Notes under the pieces: generated by a model
What the model saw: the letters and a program-made list of their open reading frames with translations, nothing else
Databases searched by the model: none
Told to the model about the DNA's origin: nothing
Program-made: the position numbers and the translations under genes
Assembly: GCA_034666765.1 (NCBI GenBank)
Contig: JAXDLF010000024.1
Coordinates: 1 to 39,239, forward strand
Reading direction: 5' to 3'
DNA: 39,239 nt
From: Chloroflexota bacterium
Lineage (GTDB): Bacteria > Chloroflexota > Limnocylindria > P2-11E
Shown here: positions 1 to 8,038 of the stretch, in pieces
Position numbering within the stretch: the first letter of the stretch is position 1
Layout of the letters: each line of letters starts with the position of its first letter

Positions 1-1026
1 AACTCGCTCGAGCAGGGGCGGGCGCGGAAGGAATCGCGCGCGACGAAGATCGAGAACATCGACGACTACGGCGCGCGCGAGCTGAAGACGACCATGTCGC
101 CCATCACCGACGCGACCGTGACGGTGATCGAGCGCTTCCTCCGCGCGCACAACGCCACGCGCATCGTCGTACCGGCGTACTTTCCGGTCGGCCTCGCGGA
201 CCGGCTTCGCGCGAAAGGGATCGATCTGGCGGCCATCGACGGGCTAGAGGGACGGCGCCGCGCCAAGCGCGACGACGAGATCGCGGCCCTCGAGGCGACC
301 CAGCGCGCGACCGAAGAGGCCTGGCAGCTCGGCGTGGACGCGATCGCCCGGGCCGAGGCGGGCGCGGACGGCACCCTCGAGCTCGACGGCGCGACGCTCA
401 CCGCCGAGCGCGTCCGGACCATCGTCGAAGGCGCGCTCCTCGAGCGCGGCTGCGTCGCCGAGTCGACGATCATCGCGCCCGGCAGGCAGGCCGCGGATCC
501 GCACATGATCGGGAGCGGGCCGATCCGCGCGGGCGAGGCCGTGGTGATGGACATCTTCCCCCAGCACAAGGGGACCCGGTACTTCGCGGACATGACCCGA
601 ACCGTCTCGAAGGGCCGGCCATCCGCGGAGATCGTGAAGATGTACGAGATCGTGCAGCGGGCCCAGGACGCCGGGATCCAGGCCCTCCGTCCGGGGATCA
701 CCGGTCGCGAGGTGCACGCGCTGGTCGAGGACATCATCTTCGCCGCCGGCTACGACACGCTGCGCGACGGCCAGAAGCGCCGCCCGGACGATCCGGTCAC
801 CCGCGGGTTCATCCACGGCACCGGCCACGGCGTCGGGCTCGAGATCCACGAGGCCCCCAGCATCGGCCGGAGCGGCACGGCGCCGCTCGCCGTCGGCGAC
901 GTCGTGACGGTCGAGCCCGGGATCTACGACCCGGATGTCGGTGGCGTGCGGCTCGAGGACATGCTCGTGATCACCGCCACCGGATCGCGGAATCTGACGC
1001 GCGCGCCGCGCCAGCTCGTCGTCTGA
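1..1026 (+). CDS. M24 family Xaa-Pro peptidase (aminopeptidase P / prolidase-like), 5' end outside window
   Basis: Frame 1 is open from base 1 with no stop before ATG 94, so the N-terminus lies upstream of the window. C-terminal pita-bread motifs are present: HGTGHGVGLEIHEAP, VEPGIY, GGVRLED. Stop TGA at 1024-1026. Confidence 0.88.
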   Translation, partial: NSLEQGRARKESRATKIENIDDYGARELKTTMSPITDATVTVIERFLRAHNATRIVVPAYFPVGLADRLRAKGIDLAAIDGLEGRRRAKRDDEIAALEATQRATEEAWQLGVDAIARAEAGADGTLELDGATLTAERVRTIVEGALLERGCVAESTIIAPGRQAADPHMIGSGPIRAGEAVVMDIFPQHKGTRYFADMTRTVSKGRPSAEIVKMYEIVQRAQDAGIQALRPGITGREVHALVEDIIFAAGYDTLRDGQKRRPDDPVTRGFIHGTGHGVGLEIHEAPSIGRSGTAPLAVGDVVTVEPGIYDPDVGGVRLEDMLVITATGSRNLTRAPRQLVV

Positions 1027-1109
1027 CACCGCTCCTCTACGGCGTCGGCGCCGCGATCGGCTGGGGGCTCGCCGACTACGCGGGCGCCCTCTCGACCCGC
1101 CGGCTCGGC

Positions 1110-1886
1110 GTGTTCCAGGCGATGCTCGGGATGCAGCTCACCGGCACGGTCCTGTACGCCGCGGCGCTCGCCGCGCTCGGCCGGTTCCCGGCGCTCTCGA
1201 TGGCGCAGCTCCCGCTGGCGCTGGCGCTCGCCGTGCTCGGCCTGGTCGGCCTGCTGCTCTTCTACAAGGCGCTGGCGCTCGGACCCATCGCGATCGTGAG
1301 TCCCATCGGCGCCGCGTACGTCGCGGTGACGGTGGTGCTCGTCGTCGTGTTCCTCGGCGAGCGGCTCTCCGGCGGGCAGACCCTCGCCATCAGCGTGACG
1401 ATGGTCGGCATCGTCATGACCGGGACGGACGGCCGCAGCATCGCCGCGGCCCTGAGCCGCCCCAAGCCCGGCGTGTGGCTCGCGATCCTCGCGATGATCG
1501 GCTTCGGCGGCTGGGCCGCGCTCATGGCCTACGCGACGCGCGAGCACGACGGCCTGGCGATGATCCTCATGCAGCGGATGGTGAGCGTCCCGATCACCCT
1601 GGCCCTGCTCCTCGCGCTCCGCCGCCCGCTGGCCGCGCGGCTGGGCCGCGGCACGATCGCGATCGTGCTGGCCACCGGGATCTTCGACACGCTGGCGAAC
1701 GTCTTCTACGTCCTCGGCGTGCAGGGTGGCTACGCGTCGATCGTCGCGACCGGCAGCGGCGTGTACCCGATCATTCCCGCGCTGCTCGCGATCACCGTCC
1801 TCGGCGAGCGGCTCGCGCCGAACCAGTACCTCGGGGTGGTCGTGCTGCTCGCGGGGCTCGTCGCGCTCGGGGTCGCCGGCTCCTAG
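1110..1886 (+). CDS. EamA/DMT family transporter (true start probably upstream, near 1023)
   Basis: Nine hydrophobic helices from GTG 1110 with Gly/Ala/Leu-rich EamA-like repeats. The same frame stays open upstream to 1023 and encodes a tenth, TM1-like helix (LLYGVGAAIGWGLADYAGAL) with no ATG/GTG/TTG. See finding. Confidence 0.82.
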   Translation: MFQAMLGMQLTGTVLYAAALAALGRFPALSMAQLPLALALAVLGLVGLLLFYKALALGPIAIVSPIGAAYVAVTVVLVVVFLGERLSGGQTLAISVTMVGIVMTGTDGRSIAAALSRPKPGVWLAILAMIGFGGWAALMAYATREHDGLAMILMQRMVSVPITLALLLALRRPLAARLGRGTIAIVLATGIFDTLANVFYVLGVQGGYASIVATGSGVYPIIPALLAITVLGERLAPNQYLGVVVLLAGLVALGVAGS

Positions 1887-3203
1887 CTAGCTGCGGCCGC
1901 CGTTGCGCACGAGCGCGTCGGCCGCCAGGCGCTGGTTGTCCGTGCCGCTCTGGTCGGGGACGACGATCTTGTCCGGAACGACGCCCTTGCCCGGCCCGTT
2001 GAGCCCCTCGCCGGTCTTCGCATCCTCCATCCGCGCGATGGTGACGAGGAGGAGGCCGCCGTCGGGAAGCTCGCGAGGCTGGCCGATGCCGACGCAGCCC
2101 GCGGTCTGCTCGCCCATGACCGTGCCCACCCCGTTCGCGCGCACGCCCGCGGCGATGATCTCGGCGCCCGAGGCGGAGTTCTTGTTCACGAGGACGACGA
2201 GCGGCGTGGGATCGTTCACGTACATCCGGTCGTTCGTGCGCAGCGGCGTGCGATTCCCGTCGCGCCCGACCTGGTACACGATCGTCGCGTTCCGCATGAA
2301 GATGCTCGCGATGTCGACGGCCGCCGATAGATCGCCGCCCGGATCGTCGCGCAGATCGAGCACCCGGCCGATCACGCCGGCGGCGTTCTGGCGATTCACG
2401 GCCTGGAGCACCTGAGCCGACACGTCGCCGTTCAGTTGAGTCACTTGGATATAACCGACGTTCCCGTCATCGATCTGGTCGATGACCCGCGGCGGCGTCA
2501 CCTTTCCGCGCACGATCGCGATCGGCGTGTCCGCGCCGTTGCGCACGAACACGATGTTCACGGTCGTGCCTTCGGGTCCCTTGATCTTGTTGGCGACGAC
2601 GTCGGACGTCGACCCCGACATGTCCTCGCCGTTCACGGTCTTGATCTTGTCGCCCTTCTTGACGCCGGCCTTCTCGGCGGGGCTGCCCGGGAAGACCTGC
2701 GCGATCTCCACCAGCTCGTTCGGACCCGGCGAGGTGATCGTCGCCCCGATGCCCGAATACTCCGAGGGCGGGGCGTTGAAGCCCTTCGCCCGGTTCGGGT
2801 CGAGGTAGTACGTGTGGCACTCGTTCATCGAGCGGGCCATCCCGTCGGTGGCCTGCTGCTCGACGAGCTTCGGATCCTCCTTGGGGTTGGCCGCGACGAC
2901 GTCGTTGAGGGTGGCGGCGAACTTGGCGAAGTCGGACTGCGGGCTGCCGGTGAAGGTGGGTTTGGTGACCGTCTGGGACGGGTCGCCCATCTTCACCAGG
3001 AGCGTCTGCACCGCGTCGAGGGCGGCATTCAGCAGCTGCTGCGAGCTTGGCTTGTCGACATGCCGCTCGATGAGGATGTTGAACGCCGCCTCGGCCGTGG
3101 CGAAGTTGGTCGTGGCGCGGGGGATCGGGAGCTCCTGGACGGCGGCGCACGAGGACACGACGAGCGCGGCGACGAGGAGGAGGACCGGGCGGAAGCGGAT
3201 CAT
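1887..3203 (-). CDS. S41 family C-terminal processing peptidase with PDZ domain, lipoprotein
   Basis: Signal peptide plus lipobox (LVVSSC). PDZ motif GSPAEKAGVKKGDKIKTVNG. S41 motifs LDLRDDPGGDL and VLVNKNSASGAEIIA. Confidence 0.9.
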   Translation of the reverse strand: MIRFRPVLLLVAALVVSSCAAVQELPIPRATTNFATAEAAFNILIERHVDKPSSQQLLNAALDAVQTLLVKMGDPSQTVTKPTFTGSPQSDFAKFAATLNDVVAANPKEDPKLVEQQATDGMARSMNECHTYYLDPNRAKGFNAPPSEYSGIGATITSPGPNELVEIAQVFPGSPAEKAGVKKGDKIKTVNGEDMSGSTSDVVANKIKGPEGTTVNIVFVRNGADTPIAIVRGKVTPPRVIDQIDDGNVGYIQVTQLNGDVSAQVLQAVNRQNAAGVIGRVLDLRDDPGGDLSAAVDIASIFMRNATIVYQVGRDGNRTPLRTNDRMYVNDPTPLVVLVNKNSASGAEIIAAGVRANGVGTVMGEQTAGCVGIGQPRELPDGGLLLVTIARMEDAKTGEGLNGPGKGVVPDKIVVPDQSGTDNQRLAADALVRNGGRS

Positions 3204-3264
3204 CGGTGTTCCGAGTGTACGAGCGGGACCGGCGCGCGGACGCGGGCTCTTAGCCGCCTCTTAG

Positions 3265-3879
3265 CTAAGCCGGATCCTCACGCATGAGCTTGCGCAGCCG
3301 GCCGAGGGCGCGGAATTGGAGCGCGCGGATCGCGCCCTCGTTCTTGCCCAGGATCTTCGCGACCTCGCGGCTGGAGCGGTTCTCGACGAATCGAAGGACC
3401 AGCACTTCCTGCTGCTCGCTCGTGAGGTGGCGCACCGCGCCGCGCAACGCGTCGACGGCCTCGCCGTGGACCGCGCGCTCGTGCGCGGTCGGGCCGTCCT
3501 CGGCGAGCCCGAACGCGTTGTCGATCTCGACGGTCGGCCGCTCCCGGCGGCGGCGGTCGGTGACCGCGTTGCGGGCGATCGTGTACAGCCAGGCGAGGAA
3601 TGACTTGCCCTGCCAGCGGTAGCGATGGATGTTCGCGAACGCGCGGGTGAACACCTCGCTGCAGAGGTCCTCGGCGTCGCTGGGCTCACGGACCCGGTAG
3701 AGGAGGTAGCGGTAGACGCTGTCCACATGGGTGTCGTAGAGCTCGGCGAAGGCGGTCCGGTCGCCGTTCCGGGCCCGGTCAATGACGTCGGGGACCGGAC
3801 CGAATGCGTCCAGTCCGAGCTGGGCCGCGAGGGTCGGCGCCGGGGTCAAGACTTCGACGCGTGCGACGGAAACGGTCAC
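3265..3879 (-). CDS. ECF-type RNA polymerase sigma-70 family factor
   Basis: Region 2 (FAELYDTHVDSVYRYLLYRV) and region 4 HTH (SSREVAKILGKNEGAIRALQFRALGRLRKL). GTG at 3879 is preceded by GGGAGGGG 9 nt upstream. The longest ORF would start at GTG 3906. Confidence 0.88.
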   Translation of the reverse strand: MTVSVARVEVLTPAPTLAAQLGLDAFGPVPDVIDRARNGDRTAFAELYDTHVDSVYRYLLYRVREPSDAEDLCSEVFTRAFANIHRYRWQGKSFLAWLYTIARNAVTDRRRRERPTVEIDNAFGLAEDGPTAHERAVHGEAVDALRGAVRHLTSEQQEVLVLRFVENRSSREVAKILGKNEGAIRALQFRALGRLRKLMREDPA

Positions 3880-3920
3880 CTGCTGCGTCCCCTCCCGTTG
3901 TCCCACTGGATGCTGGGTCG

Positions 3921-3950
3921 ACCATACCCAGCGGGTGGACGCACCGACAA
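3921..3950 (-). promoter_or_regulatory. Tentative sigma-A-type promoter for the ECF sigma gene
   Basis: On the minus strand: TTGTCG (3950-3945), 18 nt spacer, TATGGT (3926-3921), about 40 nt upstream of GTG 3879. Hexamer match by eye only. Confidence 0.25.
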
Positions 3951-4047
3951 CCGCCCATAGGTACCAAAAGTGGGTCAGCGATGGGGGTACTTGTACCGCG
4001 ATGCGTACGACAGCTACGTCAGGGCTACCTTGCCCGCTAGTGCAATT

Positions 4048-5208
4048 TCAGCAGTAGGTCTGCTTCGCCCAGGCGATCCAGCCGGAGTAGAAGGCCTCGG
4101 GTGTCACGCCGAGGACCTTCGGCAGATTGACCTTCGCGTCCACGCCGGCCTTGTACACGGTCATGAGATCCCAATACGCCTTCGCGCCGCCGCCGATCTT
4201 GTAGGCGTACTCGACCATCGTGTTACCGAACGCGTAGTACTGCCCCGGCAGCTCGGGCGGCGTCTCGGGGGTCTGCAGCACACCGTCCTCGAGCTGCTTG
4301 TAGGTCGGCGTCGGCGTGTTGCAGATGACGTTCTTCTTCGTCGCCTGGCTGCGCGATTGACCGACGAAGTCCGGCCAGCCTTCGACGAGCCAGAACGGGA
4401 GCCGCGCGCTGATGCCGGGGATGAACTGATCCTGCAGCCAGTGCAGCCCCTCGTGCTTGATGATGCTCGCGGTCGAGTCGGTGACCGACGCGAGCCCGGG
4501 CTTGAACGAGAGCGCGTTGCTGAACAGCCGGATGAACACGTCGTTCGGGGTGTTCGGGAGGTGGAAGCCCGCGACGCTGCAGCCGACCGTCGGTCCGGCC
4601 GCGCCGCGCGTGGGGAAGATCCGCAGCCCGAACGCCTGGCCCGTCGCGGTGTGCCCCTCGGCCTGCTGGAGCAGGAACGTGCGGGTGTCGCTCCCGGCCG
4701 TGGCGTACGTGTCGATCACGTCGCTGTCGATGCCGTAGTAGCTGAGCTGCAGCCCGTTGATCGTCTTGGTCTGATCGCCGCCGAGCTCGCTGTCCAGCGG
4801 CTCGCTGCGGATCCACTTGCCGCCCTCCCGGCGGAAGTACAGCCGCGAGTAGCCGGTGGTGTCGTCCCCGACGTACGCGCGGGCGTAGCTGTCGAGGTAC
4901 GGCTCGACCTTCGCGACCTTCACGTCGAACTGGTTGAAGCCCTGACGGGACGCGATGTCGAACGTCTCCGACTGGCAGCGGCGGAACGCCGCGCGGGTCA
5001 GATCGATCGTCGCCTGGAAGCCCGTGAGGTCCTTCTTGCTGAGCGCGGTCTGCCAGGCCTGCATCACGGCCACGAGCTCACCGGCGGTCTTGTCGGTGAT
5101 CGCGACCTTCTCGGGGCCCGAGGGCGACGCCGCGGGCGCCGGTGTCGCGCTGCACGCGACGATCGAGAGCGAGAACGCGATGGCCGCGAGCCGCACTCCG
5201 GTGATCAC
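4048..5208 (-). CDS. Secreted lipoprotein with NTF2-like N-domain and gluzincin (MA clan, HExxH) peptidase-like C-domain
   Basis: Signal peptide and lipobox (SIVAC). HEGLH at 4441-4455 followed 19 residues later by WLVEGWPDF (third-ligand Glu pattern of Peptidase_MA-like proteins). N-terminal segment resembles SnoaL/DUF4440 (ELVAVMQAWQTAL...GGKWIRSEP). GTG start overlaps the upstream stop as GTGA. Confidence 0.7.
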   Translation of the reverse strand: MITGVRLAAIAFSLSIVACSATPAPAASPSGPEKVAITDKTAGELVAVMQAWQTALSKKDLTGFQATIDLTRAAFRRCQSETFDIASRQGFNQFDVKVAKVEPYLDSYARAYVGDDTTGYSRLYFRREGGKWIRSEPLDSELGGDQTKTINGLQLSYYGIDSDVIDTYATAGSDTRTFLLQQAEGHTATGQAFGLRIFPTRGAAGPTVGCSVAGFHLPNTPNDVFIRLFSNALSFKPGLASVTDSTASIIKHEGLHWLQDQFIPGISARLPFWLVEGWPDFVGQSRSQATKKNVICNTPTPTYKQLEDGVLQTPETPPELPGQYYAFGNTMVEYAYKIGGGAKAYWDLMTVYKAGVDAKVNLPKVLGVTPEAFYSGWIAWAKQTYC

Positions 5209-6329
5209 TTGCCGGCAATCTTATCGAGGAGGATCTTCGACGCCGCGGCGATCGCCGAGGCGTCGTCCGCCGGCACGTCCGGCTCGATGCCGACGTTGTT
5301 GTACTTCGTACCGGTCACCGCGCCGACGTATTCCTCCTGCACGACCCACAGCTGCGATCCGTCGCTGCCCAGCGGCGTGGAGCTCGTCCCGCCGAGGCAG
5401 CCGGCCGACCGCGCGCCCACGATCGTGGCGCGCTTGTTCTCCTTCATCCCCGCGGCGAAGACCTCGGGAGCCGAGCCGCCGCGGTCGTTCAGGATGATCG
5501 CGATCGGCAGCTGATAGGCGGGCCCGAGCCGGAGGTCCTTGTTCGCGCTCTGGTTGCCGGCGAACCCGTTCTTCACCTGCACCTTGAGGGTGTTCTCGCC
5601 GTTCAGGAACCAGCTCCACATGGTGTCGGCGCCGTTGCCGCCCACGTTCGCGCGCAGGTCGAAGAGCCAGGCCTTCGCCCCCGCGGCCACGGCCTTGTCC
5701 AGCACGGCCTTGACCGCGGCGGTGACGCGGTAGGTGCCGTTGATCTCGAACGCGTGCCAGGTGACGTACGCGATGCCGCCATCCAGCAGCTTCGCCTGCA
5801 GGCCCGCCTGATCGGGCTGCTGTTGCAGGAACGTGCCGCCGGCCGGGATCTGCGGGGCCGACCCCTTCACCTGCTCCGGCCGGGACTGCACCACGCCACC
5901 CTTGCCGTCGAGGTAGTAGGTGTGGCAGTCCGGGTCGGTCTGCATCATGCCGACGACGCCGGTCTCGGCCAGGCGGTCGGCCGAGAGCTGCGCGTTCTTG
6001 GCCGCGAGCGCGCCGGCCGCGGCCGCGAACCGCTTGAAGTCGGCGAGGTTCATCTCCGTGTCGGTGGTGAAGTCCGGCGTCGCCACGTCGTCGGAGCCGC
6101 CGCTCGTCTTGGCCGCCTTCTTCATGGCGTCGAGCGCGCCGGTCAGCAGCTGCTTCGAGGTGGGGTTGTGCACCGAGGCGTCCGACAGGAACGAGTACGC
6201 GAGGTCGAGCTTGGCCTGCTTGAAGTCACCGGTCTTCTGGGCCCCCGCGGAGGGAAGCGTCGGCGCGTCGGGCGCGCAGCCGGCCAGGCCGATGGCGAAG
6301 ACCGCGAGGATCGCGAGCGTCCGGCGCAT
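5205..6329 (-). CDS. S41 family peptidase lipoprotein, paralogue lacking a recognisable PDZ domain
   Basis: ATG 6329 gives MRRTLAILAVFAIGLAGC, a canonical lipobox. S41 motifs LFDLRANVGGNG and ILNDRGGSAPEVFAAG. N-domain is similar to the 1887-3203 protein (CHTYYLD in both). The 123-codon upstream extension of the ORF is Arg/Pro-rich and overlaps the moeZ-like gene. Confidence 0.85.
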   Translation of the reverse strand: MRRTLAILAVFAIGLAGCAPDAPTLPSAGAQKTGDFKQAKLDLAYSFLSDASVHNPTSKQLLTGALDAMKKAAKTSGGSDDVATPDFTTDTEMNLADFKRFAAAAGALAAKNAQLSADRLAETGVVGMMQTDPDCHTYYLDGKGGVVQSRPEQVKGSAPQIPAGGTFLQQQPDQAGLQAKLLDGGIAYVTWHAFEINGTYRVTAAVKAVLDKAVAAGAKAWLFDLRANVGGNGADTMWSWFLNGENTLKVQVKNGFAGNQSANKDLRLGPAYQLPIAIILNDRGGSAPEVFAAGMKENKRATIVGARSAGCLGGTSSTPLGSDGSQLWVVQEEYVGAVTGTKYNNVGIEPDVPADDASAIAAASKILLDKIAGK

Positions 6330-6346
6330 CACCTGAGGATACGGAC

Positions 6347-7564
6347 TCAGCGGGCTGCTGGTTCGACTCCGCCGATCGATGCCGCGTGCTCGGCCTGCCA
6401 CTCGGACGGTGACGCGCAGAAGCCCTCGTAGTCGATGTATTCGGTGATCGTGGGGTGCTCGCCGCACACCGGGCAGGCCGGATCGCGGCGCAGCTTGACC
6501 TCGCGGAACGTTTCGTCGAGGGCGTCGAACAGCATGTACCGGCCGATGAGCGGCTCGCCGATGCCCAGGAGGAGCTTGATCGCCTCGTTGGCCTGGATCG
6601 ATCCGACGATGCCGGGAAGCACGCCGAGCACGCCGGCCTCGGCGCACGACGGCGCGAGCTCCGGGGGCGGCGGCTGGTGGAACAGGCAGCGGTAGCACGG
6701 CCCTTCAAATGGCTTGAACACCGTGACCTGACCCTCGAAGCGGTAGATGCTGCCGTGCACCACGGGGATGCGGTGCTTCACCGAGGCATCGTTCACCAGG
6801 TAGCGGGTCGGGAAGTTGTCCGCGCCGTCCACGATGACGTCGTAGCCGGCGATGATCCGGTCGATGTTGGCGGCGGTGAGACGCTCCTCGTAGCCCACGA
6901 CCGTCACGTCGGGGTTGAGCGCGTTGATCGTCTCGCGCGCGGACTCGACCTTCGAGCGTCCGATGCGCGCGGTGCTGTGGATGATCTGGCGCTGGAGGTT
7001 GGTCGCGTCGACGACGTCGGAGTCGACGATCCCGAGCGTGCCGACACCGGCGGCCGCGAGGTAGAGCGCCGCCGGCGAGCCGAGGCCGCCCGCGCCGATG
7101 AGGAGCACCTTGCTGCGCAGCAGCTTCAGCTGCCCGCGCTCGCCGATCTCCGGGATCAGGAGGTGGCGCGAGTACCGCTGGGCCTGCTCGGGGGCGAGCG
7201 TCTCCGGCTTCGTCCACGGCAGCCCGGAGTCCTTCCAGCGATTGAACCCACCGGACATCGAGATCACGTTCGTGTAGCCGAGCTTCGCCAATGCGTCGGC
7301 GGCCATCACCGAGCGCACCCCGCCCGCGCAATAGAGGATGGTCGGCTTGTCCTTGAGCGGGAGGCGGTCCTCGGCCCACTGCTCGAGGTAGCTCTTGGGC
7401 ACGAAGGCCGCGCCGGGGAGATGGCCCTCATCCCACTCGTTCTTCTCGCGGACGTCGCCCAGCTGGACGTCGCCCGCCGCGAGGAGCGCCTGGACCTCCT
7501 GGGGCGTGGCTTCCTTGACCCGCTTTTTCAGCTCGGAGAAGTAGTCGCGGTAGGAGCTCGACAT
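6347..7564 (-). CDS. MoeB/ThiF-family adenylyltransferase fused to an N-terminal rhodanese domain (MoeZ-like sulfurtransferase)
   Basis: Rhodanese active loop ILYCAGGVRS. ThiF Rossmann motif LLIGAGGLGSPAALYLAAAGVG. Zn motifs CYRC and CPVC. CAEAGVLG loop. Start taken at ATG 7564 (MSSSYRDYF); the ORF could extend to 7663. Confidence 0.88.
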   Translation of the reverse strand: MSSSYRDYFSELKKRVKEATPQEVQALLAAGDVQLGDVREKNEWDEGHLPGAAFVPKSYLEQWAEDRLPLKDKPTILYCAGGVRSVMAADALAKLGYTNVISMSGGFNRWKDSGLPWTKPETLAPEQAQRYSRHLLIPEIGERGQLKLLRSKVLLIGAGGLGSPAALYLAAAGVGTLGIVDSDVVDATNLQRQIIHSTARIGRSKVESARETINALNPDVTVVGYEERLTAANIDRIIAGYDVIVDGADNFPTRYLVNDASVKHRIPVVHGSIYRFEGQVTVFKPFEGPCYRCLFHQPPPPELAPSCAEAGVLGVLPGIVGSIQANEAIKLLLGIGEPLIGRYMLFDALDETFREVKLRRDPACPVCGEHPTITEYIDYEGFCASPSEWQAEHAASIGGVEPAAR

Positions 7565-7621
7565 GCCATCAGGATAACCGAGGGTGCGAGTCGGAAATTC
7601 CTCACGTACGCTGGAAAGCCC

Positions 7622-8038
7622 GTGGAAACGCTCTATTTCGACCTGCTGCAGTTCCTCTATCACCTGTCGCTGGCCGTCCTCGTGGGCGGGGCGATCGTGC
7701 TGGCGGCGCCGTCGCGCCGCTACGACCAGCTGGCCGGCCTCGCCCTGCTCGTCCTCGCCGCGACGAGCGTCCTGAAATTCAGCGCGTTCGAGGATGCGGA
7801 CATCGGCCCGCGCCTCATCGCCCGCTGGCTCGCCCTGGTGGCGCTCGCCATCGCCACGCTCTACGCGAGTGCCTGGAGCTCGTCGGTCGCCCGCGCCTTC
7901 CGCGCCCAGACCACGGACTTCGACGACCTTCCGCCGCAGAGCCCGGCCCGGCGGGAGTACGCGAACCTCGCGCGCTCGGCGGGTCGGGCGATGCGGGTCA
8001 TCGTCGTCTCCGGGCTCGTCGCCCTCTTCCTCTCCTGA
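7622..8038 (+). CDS. Small 4-TM membrane protein (DUF4149/TMEM205-like, tentative)
   Basis: GTG 7622 preceded by GGAAAG. Four hydrophobic helices in 138 aa. Lies in the tail of a long shadow ORF (6455-8038). Stop TGA overlaps the next ATG as TGATG. Confidence 0.55.
   Translation: METLYFDLLQFLYHLSLAVLVGGAIVLAAPSRRYDQLAGLALLVLAATSVLKFSAFEDADIGPRLIARWLALVALAIATLYASAWSSSVARAFRAQTTDFDDLPPQSPARREYANLARSAGRAMRVIVVSGLVALFLS

Noticed and set aside
3260-3269. 10-bp palindrome CTTAGCTAAG over the sigma stop codon, and the CTCTTAGC direct repeat at 3248-3265
   Set aside because: Very short and centred on a TAG/CTA stop. It has no hairpin-forming flanks or U-tract, so chance is the more economical explanation.
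3970-5514. 514-aa plus-strand ORF antisense to the HExxH lipoprotein and S41 genes
   Set aside because: Arg/Leu/Asp/Gly-rich with no motifs. It lies fully opposite two ORFs that have signal peptides and catalytic motifs. This is a typical shadow ORF of GC-rich DNA.
6330-6698. Upstream extensions of ORFs 5205-6698, 19314-21857, 25600-27393, 22574-23578, 15039-16313 and 29686-31935
   Set aside because: All are Arg/Pro-rich and run into the upstream gene. Internal starts give signal peptides, lipoboxes, RBSs or 4-nt overlaps that fit much better.
4048-7564. E1-like ThiF enzyme plus proteases as a ubiquitin-like conjugation or deconjugation system
   Set aside because: No Ubl/ThiS-fold ORF ending in GG, no E2-like ORF and no JAMM ORF on either strand. 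Both peptidases carry lipoprotein export signals and so sit in a different compartment from the E1-like enzyme.
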